NCBI GenBank assembly: GCA_964035545.1
Contig: OZ037766.1
Coordinates: 7,740,722 to 7,804,721, forward strand
Direction: 5' to 3'
Length of the DNA: 64,000 bases
DNA from: Bugula neritina
Taxonomy: Eukaryota; Animalia; Bryozoa
The notes below the pieces were generated by a model, which was not told the DNA's origin, searched no databases, and was given only the letters and a program-made list of their open reading frames with translations. How positions within the stretch are numbered: the first letter of the stretch is position 1; the number at the start of each line of letters is the position of its first letter. The translations under genes were made by a program, and so were the position numbers. Below are positions 31,900-42,799 of this stretch, piece after piece.

Positions 31900-34800
31900 A
31901 ATTTCAATCACTTTGTTGTCAAACAAGGGTGAAAAAAGCTTAAAGTATGTACACTACTTTTTAAAGCTTCGGTATTTCGAACCCTCCATTATTATCACCA
32001 TGACCATGAATGGTGGTTTTGATAAACGAATAAAACTAATAAACTTATTTTGTTATGTACAATATTTTTAATATGTAAAATATAAATTAAAATATTTCTG
32101 TTTGAAAATTTAATTCGATTTTTACATTAGTTTGTAATTTATTATTGTTGCTGAATTTTTCACTTTGACTAGACTATAGAGCTGAAAGTAGACAACTCCT
32201 GCTTTACTCAATTTGCATAGCTGTGTCGCAGTTTGTTTCAAGTCTCCAACAACGTAAAAAACCTGATGGAAAGAGTTTTAACAAGAGCTAAAGATTGTGC
32301 ATAAATATCAGCATGTTAGCAACATGATTTGAGCAGTTTTTATGAGCAGATGCTCTTCTAATGTATGCTCTTTCTGACATCTTGCCAGAATTCAAACCAA
32401 TGATATTTTGATAGTCTACAATTTACATACTATGTCATAATAGACCAGCACTCTAATCACTACTCTCTATGTAATGTTACAAGTGTTATTGTTTCACTTC
32501 AAAAATGCAATATCAGCATCAGCTGTATTCACAACCTATTATAATTATATTTTAATTGTTTTTACTACGTATGAGTTATGAGTTGGCCAAGAACATTGGA
32601 TAGTATATTTTATATATTCTATTCTTAGTCATTTGGCTATTATATAGAGTCTGCCTGCAGACTGATAGTTTGCACCAAGTTTAAATCTTTTTTGGATATT
32701 TAGATTCTAGTCAAACACTTAAAAAAGTTCATTGATTATAATTAGTAAGCAAAGTGTCAATTGCTATACTTTTATAAGAAAGCATGCTTTGGTACACAGT
32801 GAAGTAATGAGTACTATAGTATATAAATACTATTATAATTATAACTGCCAGCACCATTTATCAGAGTTATCTCTCCAAATTTTCATAGTTTCTAGGCCCA
32901 GCCATTTTTATCCTATAGCTGCATAGCACATAAATAAAAACAATTGCTATAAGCCTATAATGCTTTCTATGCACTATAAAAATATTATACAATTGACTAA
33001 TATAGCAAATTACCCATTAATCTCCATAAATTAAATTCACACAATTTTAAAGCATACTTACAGCTGCAAAGCTTTTTAAACAAACAAGAATGTAGACCTA
33101 TGTTACTGTAATGAAGAAGTCGGTTTATTTTCTTTAATAAGATATGGTTTAGAATTGTATTCCATTTGTAAAGCATTGTGAAAACTAGGAACTCTATAGC
33201 CCCCTAGAGAATTTAAACACTTGAACTGTTTAGGGACTGATGCTAGGACACTTTTTCAAATGTTGTTCAACTCATACAGTTGTGGTTCATTTGAGGATGT
33301 GCCAGAATAGCTGTACAATATTTGTCTTCTATCTGATCATTGTTACAGGCATCTGGTAATTGAATTTTAGAATGAATATTGAATTGTTAATTTAGGAGTT
33401 GTCTCCCTTAAACTGATACGGCAAAGGGTAGCTTACTAATACAAATGGTTTTATAATCAGCTCCGAGTTGGTGGTGAATGAGTGCATTACACTGTACATT
33501 GTCTGAGTTTTCAAAATAGTGCTTTTTATGCATTGTAGAACATGCATTTGCTATTTGATAAGATAAAATCCCTCTTAATGGCATTTGAGACAATAGATGT
33601 ATTTGTAAGAATATCAAAACTAACACTGATATGCTTCTATGTAACATGCAGTGCAATGTGTATTCACTCCTTTTTTTAATAATCTTTGTAATAGAAAAAT
33701 AGATAAGCTTGACTTTTGTTTGTAAAAATATAGGATGATTTAATCCTAAGTCCTATATAATATAGGATGCACACAGTTTAAACAGGGTTCCGTGTATATT
33801 ATTGTGATACACAGTAGTAACTCATGCAACGGCAGCGGTCAGCCGGTTAACAGCGCTGAGAGATATTGCTAATATTTACTCGGATAGATATCAACACACA
33901 TAGAATAATATTTACTCTGATTTATCATCATTACTCTCAATCATCTAGCTCATAAACTTTTAATTCCCTGAAACACTGTTACTAAAAAAGGAATTTACAT
34001 CAATATAATACATTGAAGCAACAGCCGATGGCTTCTGTAACAGGCTATCTAACTGGCTGTGCAGTTTGATATTCATCTCAATAGGTAGTATCTAACTGCA
34101 TAGTCATTTATGTAGGTGCAATAGTGAAAAATTTTTTAATAGCCTAAGTTTAATTTACTTTTCCAAATAGATTTTGGTTTGGGGGGCAGGTTGAAATAAC
34201 TTCTTTTGCTACATTTCTCATCTAGAACATAGGACTTTCTCAATTCCTCATTGCACCTATCTCACCGAGATGCAAAAAGCCAAACTAATAATCTGCTAGG
34301 GCTACTATTCTTTAGGGCTACTACATGCTCAAATTTACTGTATTTTCACCTCATTAACTTTTATTATGAAGGTATATAATATATAATCTCACAGTTAATA
34401 CTCTAATCAACATGCTATTACACCACGTGTGGACTCCATATTAGTGAGTCAAGTTCATTGTGTGTCATTAGAGTGACTAAGGCATATTTAACTGTCCTTG
34501 AATTTATTTCCTACTAGTTTATTTAGTATATGTTTATTGCTGACTAGTCACCCCAACATAAAGCTATTGTATAATTTAATAATGAGTGCTTACAAATAAT
34601 GATTATTGTCCTTAAGGCAATCAATAGAGCAGAGGTTAAGTCTGAGGCATGTTAGTACTATTGCAGCTCATTACCTGACTGGGAAGTTGTTTATAAGTGT
34701 TTGAGGATCACACAGTGCTTGCTGACACAGCTAAGGTTATACAAGGACAAGTTATATATCCGTAACTATGTAATGTTGAATAAGTAAGATGTTGATGTTG

Positions 34801-36790
34801 AACTATAGTGAGAGGCCGACAGTTGAGGTGTTACAGTGTTACTACTAGGAAATGTAAAAGGCAGAAAAAGGTTCTCATTGAACTGATAAGCAAAATATTA
34901 AACAATAATATTCTACTATCTGTAGCTGCAGTAACATTGCTATATAGAAGTGAACTCTGAAGTTTAAATCGACATAATACCAGCAGCTGACAAACTACAA
35001 GAGCTGAATAAGATAAATCTACTACTCATCGTGATAATGCATGCCTTCGAGCTGCAAGTCTTTTGATAGCATATCTACACATTGAACCAACTCCCAGCCA
35101 GAGGGTCATGTGTAGGGCATGGTGTTAACGAGTACACGCCACCAATGCCTGTCAACTATGTTGTTTATGCTGCATGTTGTAATTCCAGCTATACATAGCT
35201 GCAACAAATACATTTAATTGTTCTATTTAAGTAGCGTCGACTCTTATCTTGATGTTAATTCTGCTCTGCAAATAAAATAGTCAAGTGGGAACTTGTGCAT
35301 GATCTACTGTGAGCTATGGTGATCTGCTGTCAACTTGTATAAGATGTCAATATTGGACTGGGATAAGCTAGTACATACATTGTGTTCTGTATTTAATATG
35401 ATACATAATTACAGAACATGAACCCTTCTGTAGATGTAGAAGATCTACAACCATGTTGATGTACACATAATATACTGGCATAAATATTTTTGAAAACTTT
35501 AGTTTCAACTGCACTTATAATTACTGCCACTTATATAATATTATTAGGTTTGGAATGCAGCTAATACATAATACAAATAAAGAAAACCATTTATTTTTTA
35601 GCAACAGTGTGCATGAAGATAAGAAGGTGCCAAGCTTGCATGTATTTTATCTATGCAAATACATCTGTGGATTCCCTGTACAAGAAAGTTGTTATTTTAC
35701 CTGAATTTACACAAAGTACTAGTTAGAGATAAACATTGGTTGCCACTTTGTTCATGCCACCAGTTTTGAATATGGCGCAACTGATAAATAATAAACAAGA
35801 TGTCCTCTTCATAATGTACTACAGCAAAAACTTGCAACATATCTACTGTATATAGAGCCTTTACAAGTTATATTAATGGGATATGCCAAGTTTACGATAC
35901 ATCATAATATTTCTCAACATTTGTTTTTGTTTGTGTTTCAACTCGTTTGGCTGTTTGCCAAAAGATCTTCTTTTATATTTTTAGCCATGAAGTTATCTAT
36001 AAACAAACTGTAATAAATGACTGTTTGTGGTAAGTAGCTGAAATTCAAATTGTCACAAATTGCCAAGGAAACATGTGCGTTGCCACTGTAGGGTATTTAA
36101 AGCTGGAAAATATTCCGATATAATGTTGGATGAGATTTCTAACTTCCTTTTATCTCATCTGCAAAAAGATTGCTATATTAGACTTGTCTTATTGCAGCAA
36201 CTTACTAAAGATTATCTTTTAAACAGCATATACTCCCATCTGCTACTTTGATATGCCCTATTACATAATCATTGCTTATAATAGAGGGAAAAGACCAACG
36301 GTTATAGAGGCATAAAAGGAATTAAGCTTTATTATAGAAATACGATTTATGGTGCAGTAGAAATTTTACAAGAAGCTTATTATAAAAATTGGAATTAAAA
36401 CAGATAATTTTAGAATTTTTTAAAGATAAACTGGCTTTGAATTGGAAGTTCCTTAGCATGTGTAATAGAAACTGTATCAGAGTTTATATCATATTGATGT
36501 AACACATGATTATTATAATATTGCTTTCACTTTTAGCTTCAGAGCTCAGTGTAAATCCTATTGGCTATTAAAAACAATAACAGCTAGCAGCATGTTATCT
36601 GGTGTCGTATTCCAATCAATAGCAGTTAACAATAGTTGTTGACTTGGAATTTTGAGGTGTAATTAAGTGTAGCATAGGTCAAGTCAAGGATAGCTTAGAA
36701 CTGTATATATAGCAGAGATTCAGTTTTGAAACTGCACATTTTGAAACTACACCTTGAACCGAGCGATAATAATCACGCTTTGCTGCAAAT

Positions 36791-37066
36791 ATGGGGAACA
36801 ATACGGAGCTAGTGGGTGGCTTACATGCATCAAGACCAGCGCATTTATTGGTGAAAGCTGAAAATAGCCCACACGAAAATCAGGAAATAAACTCACCAAA
36901 CCTGAACCAGGTGCACCTGGAAATAGCCTTAAAACTCAGAGATATTGGTGATGACATGGATACTAGAGCTACTCAGTCAACCCAACAGCATACGAACAGA
37001 CATGTTGGAACAGCAGCAGTAGTAATTGCTGCCAGCATAATAGTAGCAGTCAGCAGTCTAAAGTAG
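36791..37066 (+). CDS. Putative BH3-only pro-apoptotic protein with C-terminal hydrophobic anchor (91 aa, intronless)
   Basis: EIALKLRDIGDDMD fits the BH3 consensus (h-A-x-x-L-x-x-I-G-D-x-h-D). Tail VGTAAVVIAASIIVAVSSLK. Good start context aatATGG, TATA-like TATATATA at 36704 and AATAAA at ~37938. Confidence 0.7.
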   Translation: MGNNTELVGGLHASRPAHLLVKAENSPHENQEINSPNLNQVHLEIALKLRDIGDDMDTRATQSTQQHTNRHVGTAAVVIAASIIVAVSSLK

Positions 37067-38300
37067 AACTAACATTAAACAGCAGATGGTGGTGAGTTTG
37101 ATCTTTCTGCTTTGTAAATTTGTAAATTATTCATTAGTCTAAAGTCTAGACTCTAGTTTTACTTATCCACACATTGTATAGATGTATGAATGGGCAGATA
37201 TTAATGGCATATAATATTTTGCTTGCTTCAATACAGCAAATAACTCTCTAATTATCATTCTAGTGCCCTTCATGGAAGAAACAGCTGCAGCTTCTTCAAG
37301 CTTCACCAGACAGATGCATGCTGAAGATGAAATTTATAATTACTGAAAATGTTAAGCTTTATCAGCGAGAGCAACGTCTGCGCTACAGCGTCTAGACTCA
37401 GTAAAATATAGCAACAGCTTTGCGACAAAATATAAATAGTATTAGAAAAATATCTTGTATCAACCAATTACAGAAGCTGTGTGGTGTTTTTCTATGCATA
37501 GAAATCGAGTCCAAGCACCCAGAGTCTAAGCATATAGCTATAGCTAGACATTGTACATAATATATTGAAAGTAGTATCTATAGTTTAATTTTAATTGCTG
37601 TATGATAACCGTTTGCTTCCAGCTTTATTAGTATTTTTTTTTCATAATATTATATGTAGCCTAAATAACTAATACGGATTGTTGGTATCTATTGCCCATT
37701 ATGATATATTGTGTGTGCAGCTCTCTCTATTAATTTCTAGTCATTACAATTTTGTACTTTTTGTATTTCCCCCAGGTGCAGTTTTACCAAATACTTTTTA
37801 AGAAGGTAGATTTTGAAATACTACCTTTAACACTCTATGAATTAGTATTACACTTATTTGCTCAGGAATGTATACTTAATTTTATTGAAAATTCCAAAAT
37901 GTTGGTGTTCAATTACGTAATATGTATTTAATTTTCAATAAATACAAATTTATAACTGACTTCAACCAAAATTAATTGCAATTTAATATAATAGACAGTC
38001 TTATAATAACTCTCATAATAATAATTTGACTACGTTGTTCACAGATTATACCAGTAATTATTCATAATAATATACTAAGTAGCAGGTGTGATCTAGACTG
38101 CTGCAACGTTTTATATTGAGTACATTGAGTAGACCCTCTGGTTTAGAGTAAAGTTGTGTTTATACCTTTGCCGAAAAAACTTCCGAGTTTCAGTTAAATT
38201 ACCCCTTTCTAGTTTGAATTTCTGACTGAAAGTCGCGATGGTATTAATGCAACTTTCCATAAGTTGGATTCTTGTGGACTATTAGTAATATTGAGCTGAT

Positions 38301-38915
38301 TGTCACAAAACTGTTGGTAGCAGTGTGACGAGTTCGAAAAGTCTGGTAGTCAGAAGTGTATAGACAAGTAGTATACAGCTTGCTAATCCAGTTGTGAATA
38401 AATAGAGTTGTGGATATAAGTATACTTTATTTCTCTAGTAAGATATGCACAGATGAATGTATTAAAATGAACTCCAAGAATGAACTCATAAAAAGGAACT
38501 GCGAGAATGAACTTATAAAAAGGAACTGCGAGAATGAACTTATAAAAAGGAACTGCGAGAATGAACTGAACTGTAAACACAACTGCCTCAGTATTTATAG
38601 TAAACAAAACACTCTAGAATATTCTCAAGCATTCCAGTATAGAAGATTCTAGTAGAAAACCTTCCCCACATGCCAATACTATTTATAGAAAATCAAAACA
38701 AAACAAAACATTGGAATTTCCATGGTTATTTCGCAATTATTGCGCAACACCTTGTTTACATTGCTGGGCAGTAGTTAACATGACTAATGAAAACAATAAC
38801 AATGAACAATGACCCATCTCTTTGATCAGTCTAGAATATTTATGAACATTCCTGTATAATCATTAGGAAAAACCTGGTAGGTCTATAGATATATGTACAC
38901 TCAGAATTTGTGACA
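38301..38915 (-). repeat. 3' LTR of element 2 (615 bp), containing three copies plus a partial copy of a 27-bp tandem unit (38478-38567)
   Basis: Direct repeat of 42185-42799. Unit GAATGAACTYATAAAAAGGAACTGCGA. Minus-strand TATAAATA (38680-38687) and AATAAA (38426-38431). Confidence 0.96.
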
Positions 38916-38961
38916 ACCCCCCATTCTAAGAGAAATTATCTTGATCATTTCTCCTAACTAC

Positions 38962-39090
38962 TTAAAATTCTGAGTCAATTCGGCTTAGATAATCAGCTCC
39001 AACATTGTCCTTTCCTTTGATTGACTCCACCTTGATTCTGAAGTTTTGTGAATACATATCCCATCTCATCACTCTGTTGTTTCTTATTGT
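38962..39090 (-). pseudogene. Out-of-frame C-terminal remnant of RNase H
   Basis: NNRVMRWDMYSQNFRIKVESIKGKDNVGADYLSRI matches the gypsy RNase H end (RW...GK.N..AD.LSR). It lies downstream of the integrase in a different frame. Confidence 0.85.
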
Positions 39091-42088
39091 ACAGATCCAA
39101 CAAATCATCTTCGCCTTCTCTTTCCTTATCGTAATCAATAATTCCAGCACCAGCAGCATCTAGAGTCATCACAGCTCCAACAGTCATAGAGTCGGTAGGC
39201 GTCTCCCGCTCAAAGTATTTCTTCAGCATGTTGGCATGGTATGTTCTCCTCTTGCCTCTAATGTTGATAATGTAGTCATTCAGTCTGACTTTCTCCTCAA
39301 TATTGAATGGTCCTTGCCAATGCATCAGCAATTTATTTCCATTTGTAGGTAGAAGAATGAGCACTTTGTCACCAGGTTTGAAGTCTCTCTGCTTAGCTTT
39401 CTTATCAAAATAGTGTTTGTATCTTTTTTGACTGTCTTTTAGCGAAGCTAGTGCCATTTCCATCATGTCATCTAAACGCTCTCTCAATTCAAAAACATGT
39501 TGATAGCAGGTCTTGACTTCATCGGCAGTGTCTTCTTTTGTCCAAAGTTGTCGCAAGATGTACATTGGTCCACGCACAGTTCTTCCATAGAGTAACTCGA
39601 ATGGGGCGAAGCCTGTTGATTCCTGTGGGACTTCTCTATATGCAAATAGAGCCGCATTGATGAATCGATGCCACTGTCTTGGCTCTTTAGCACACAACTT
39701 TTTTAACATACTCTTGAGGGTTCCGTTGAACTTTTCCACAAGTCCATTGGCCATTGCATGGTATGGTGAGGTAGGAAGTTGTCGCATGTCAAGTAATCTG
39801 GTAAACTCTTTCATGTAGTCCGAGATGAATTGAGTTCCTTGGTCGCTTATCACCTCCTCTGGTATCCCAACACGACTGTACATGTCAAGCAGCGCTTCAG
39901 CTACAGTAGCTGAGTCAATGTTCTTCAATGGTGTAGCTTCAGGATATCTTGTAGCATAGTCAACTAAAGTTAGGATGTAGCGGTGTCCTTTCTCACTTGG
40001 AGGGTTAATTGGTCCGATTAGGTCTATTGCACATCTCTTGAATGGGGTGTCAATTAGTGGAGTTTCCTGTACTGGAACTTTCATGACTGAGCCTTTTTTC
40101 ACCGTCTTCTGGCAAATGTCACATGACTGACAGAAACGTACGACATCTCCGTTTAGTCCTGGCCAGAAGAAGTTGGAAAGCACTCTATCAGTGGTTTTCT
40201 TTACTCCTAGGTGTCCGCTCATTATGCAGTCATGAGCTTTCTGTAGAACTTCCTTCCTCAGTGAACTGGGTACCATGAGTTGTTTAACAGGTTTTACACT
40301 GACAGACTTCGAGTCGGTGTACTCACGGTACAGAATCTTGTTTCTCACCACAAACCTAGTGGTGCATCCCTTTTTCTCCTTCACTTCTTTTGCATCGAAG
40401 AAACGTTCCAATGTGGGGTCATCCCTCTGCAGTCTGGCTATCTCATCTTTCCCTATACTTAATGGGTTAGCATTTGAATCAATCATCAGTGGTTTGTCTC
40501 CTGACTTCTCCTTGACAGCTTGAGCTCTTGTGGTTACGGCGCAGTCCTTCCAGTTTTCTAGCGGTTGGTCAGCTGATCTCGCTCCATCCACATTCCCAAT
40601 AAGCAGGTCACAAATCGTCTTGTCCATTACTGCAGCTTTGACGACACCATTGTAAAATGGTGAGCGCACTGAGATAAGTGCCCACTGAGCCTCTCTAACA
40701 CTTGCATCAGCCATATTCAGATAAACTGATTCTCCAGTTAAGTGTTGAGGTTGCACATACTTTGCATTGACTACAATGCAACCACAGCCGGTGTCGCGCA
40801 TTACAGTAGCTCGTTGGCCATTAACTTCCGCATCAAATATTGCTGTGCCCCCATCTTTGAATTTAGGTCCATTCTTGCAGACAGCAGTGTTGACAAACTT
40901 TTTACCATTAACTGTGATTTCCGTAGGTTCTTCCACTTTAGATGAAATTCCTGGATCTGTGACCACAGTCTTATTCTGAGTAGTCGCTATTGCAGCAGCA
41001 GCATGCACTGCCCTTCCACCATACTTTCTGCAATCTGAAGTATTGTGGTTGTTCATCTTGCAATGTGAACAGTACTTCTTCCCCCGCCGTGGGCAGTTAC
41101 GAGCAATGTGTGACTTATCTTTGCAAATAAAGCATGCCCCATTGCTTTTACTTCCTTGTTCAGCATGCATGCTACCGGCAGGTGTGTTTCCCATCCTTTT
41201 TGTATTAGTTTTCTTTGTCTTTGCTAGTTTCCTTCCACGGGCATGCAAGAACAGTGACGCTGCATCACACATATCCTCACTGCTGTTGTAGGAACTTTGC
41301 TTTAAATGCACAGCTAGGTCGTCTGGGCATGATGATATAAATTGTTCAATCGCCACCAGTTTGGCTATGTCCATGCCCCCTGAAAGCTCCACCCACTTGT
41401 GCACATAACTTTCTATCCTAGTGAACAGTTGGGCAGGAGTTTCATCCTCGTAAGCTTCTGCCTCTCTGAGCTTTTTTCTGTAGCCCTCTTGAGTCAAGTT
41501 AAAGCGCTCCAACAAGGCTTCTTTGACTTTTTTATAATCTCTACGATCGGTAGGTGACAACCGGATGTAAGCTTCTGTTGCTGTACCCCTTAGGTACTGA
41601 CTGAGATGGTAGGGCCAATCTCCCTTGTCCCAGTTACATCCTTCGGCAACCCACTCGAACCGCTCTAAATAGCTATCCATTTCGTCCACCTTCTCATCAA
41701 AGAATGGTATTTTTGGTTTTGGTTTGTTAGCTATTTCTAACCTGGTGCTCTCAAGTCTTGAGTGCTCCAAACTTGTGTTTGCTTTCAGCTTTTCCATATC
41801 TAATTCATGTCGTTGTCTTCTCTCTTCTGCCTCCTGGTCAGCTTTTATCTTCATTTCCATTAAGGCTTTCTCATTTTCTTGCTTGATCCTTTCCGCCTCA
41901 CGCTCTAATCTACGCTCCTCTCGGTCCTTTTCTTTTTCCTCTCGGTCTTTTTCTTTTTCCTCTCGTGCCTTTTCTTTTTCCTCTTGTGCAGCAACAATGG
42001 GTAGGTTCTTTTCAACAAAAGCTACGAGCTTGTCCTCCACCAGTCCAAGATCTTTACCCATCTGTGTCACTCTCTCCAACAACGCCAT
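38993..42088 (-). CDS. Gag-protease-integrase polyprotein (1031 aa) lacking RT
   Basis: Charged coiled coil, KIPFFDEKVDEMDSYLERFE capsid, two CCHC knuckles (CFICKDKSHIARNC, CSHCKMNNHNTSDC), MRDTGC protease, HDCIMSGH...CDIC, IDLIGP/SDQG/VEKFN (DDE), GPF. No YxDD. Confidence 0.93.
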   Translation of the reverse strand: MALLERVTQMGKDLGLVEDKLVAFVEKNLPIVAAQEEKEKAREEKEKDREEKEKDREERRLEREAERIKQENEKALMEMKIKADQEAEERRQRHELDMEKLKANTSLEHSRLESTRLEIANKPKPKIPFFDEKVDEMDSYLERFEWVAEGCNWDKGDWPYHLSQYLRGTATEAYIRLSPTDRRDYKKVKEALLERFNLTQEGYRKKLREAEAYEDETPAQLFTRIESYVHKWVELSGGMDIAKLVAIEQFISSCPDDLAVHLKQSSYNSSEDMCDAASLFLHARGRKLAKTKKTNTKRMGNTPAGSMHAEQGSKSNGACFICKDKSHIARNCPRRGKKYCSHCKMNNHNTSDCRKYGGRAVHAAAAIATTQNKTVVTDPGISSKVEEPTEITVNGKKFVNTAVCKNGPKFKDGGTAIFDAEVNGQRATVMRDTGCGCIVVNAKYVQPQHLTGESVYLNMADASVREAQWALISVRSPFYNGVVKAAVMDKTICDLLIGNVDGARSADQPLENWKDCAVTTRAQAVKEKSGDKPLMIDSNANPLSIGKDEIARLQRDDPTLERFFDAKEVKEKKGCTTRFVVRNKILYREYTDSKSVSVKPVKQLMVPSSLRKEVLQKAHDCIMSGHLGVKKTTDRVLSNFFWPGLNGDVVRFCQSCDICQKTVKKGSVMKVPVQETPLIDTPFKRCAIDLIGPINPPSEKGHRYILTLVDYATRYPEATPLKNIDSATVAEALLDMYSRVGIPEEVISDQGTQFISDYMKEFTRLLDMRQLPTSPYHAMANGLVEKFNGTLKSMLKKLCAKEPRQWHRFINAALFAYREVPQESTGFAPFELLYGRTVRGPMYILRQLWTKEDTADEVKTCYQHVFELRERLDDMMEMALASLKDSQKRYKHYFDKKAKQRDFKPGDKVLILLPTNGNKLLMHWQGPFNIEEKVRLNDYIINIRGKRRTYHANMLKKYFERETPTDSMTVGAVMTLDAAGAGIIDYDKEREGEDDLLDLYNKKQQSDEMGYVFTKLQNQGGVNQRKGQCWS

Positions 42089-42164
42089 AATGTCTCAACA
42101 ACTGTTAATTAATCCTGTGTATACTCACGTTGTAACTAATAACTTCCCTGTGTGCGACTGAGAC

Positions 42165-42182
42165 TTCCCGGAGCAGCCCCCA
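42165..42182 (-). other. Primer-binding site, tRNA-Pro-like
   Basis: Minus TGGGGGCTGCTCCGGGAA versus the canonical tRNA-Pro PBS TGGGGGCTCGTCCGGGAT (15/18), 2 nt from the 5' LTR. Confidence 0.7.
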
Positions 42183-42184
42183 AT

Positions 42185-42799
42185 TGTCACAAAACTGTTG
42201 GTAGCAGTGTGACGAGTTCGAAAAGTCTGGTAGTCAGAAGTGTATAGACAAGTAGTATACAGCTTGCTAATCCAGTTGTGAATAAATAGAGTTGTGGATA
42301 TAAGTATACTTTATTTCTCTAGTAAGATATGCACAGATGAATGTATTAAAATGAACTCCAAGAATGAACTCATAAAAAGGAACTGCGAGAATGAACTTAT
42401 AAAAAGGAACTGCGAGAATGAACTTATAAAAAGGAACTGCGAGAATGAACTGAACTGTAAACACAACTGCCTCAGTATTTATAGTAAACAAAACACTCTA
42501 GAATATTCTCAAGCATTCCAGTATAGAAGATTCTAGTAGAAAACCTTCCCCACATGCCAATACTATTTATAGAAAATCAAAACAAAACAAAACATTGGAA
42601 TTTCCATGGTTATTTCGCAATTATTGCGCAACACCTTGTTTACATTGCTGGGCAGTAGTTAACATGACTAATGAAAACAATAACAATGAACAATGACCCA
42701 TCTCTTTGATCAGTCTAGAATATTTATGAACATTCCTGTATAATCATTAGGAAAAACCTGGTAGGTCTATAGATATATGTACACTCAGAATTTGTGACA
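42185..42799 (-). repeat. 5' LTR of element 2 (615 bp)
   Basis: Direct repeat of 38301-38915. Confidence 0.96.

Larger units (their letters stand above)
38301..42799 (-). mobile_element. Gmr1-like Ty3/Gypsy LTR element, internally deleted (no RT), recent insertion
   Basis: Two 615-bp LTRs with no differences seen by eye and 9-bp inverted termini TGTCACAAA/TTTGTGACA. 5-bp TSD CTGAT (38296-38300, 42800-42804). PPT (minus AGAATGGGGGGT, 38916-38927). gag-PR-IN is followed only by the RNase H C-terminus. Confidence 0.95.

Noticed and set aside
38383-38652. Repetitive ORFs (NCENELIKR / ILAVPFYKF)n, duplicated at 42267-42536
   Set aside because: Translations of the 27-bp tandem repeat inside the LTRs; no evidence of coding. 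There are no unique spacers, so this is not CRISPR-like either.
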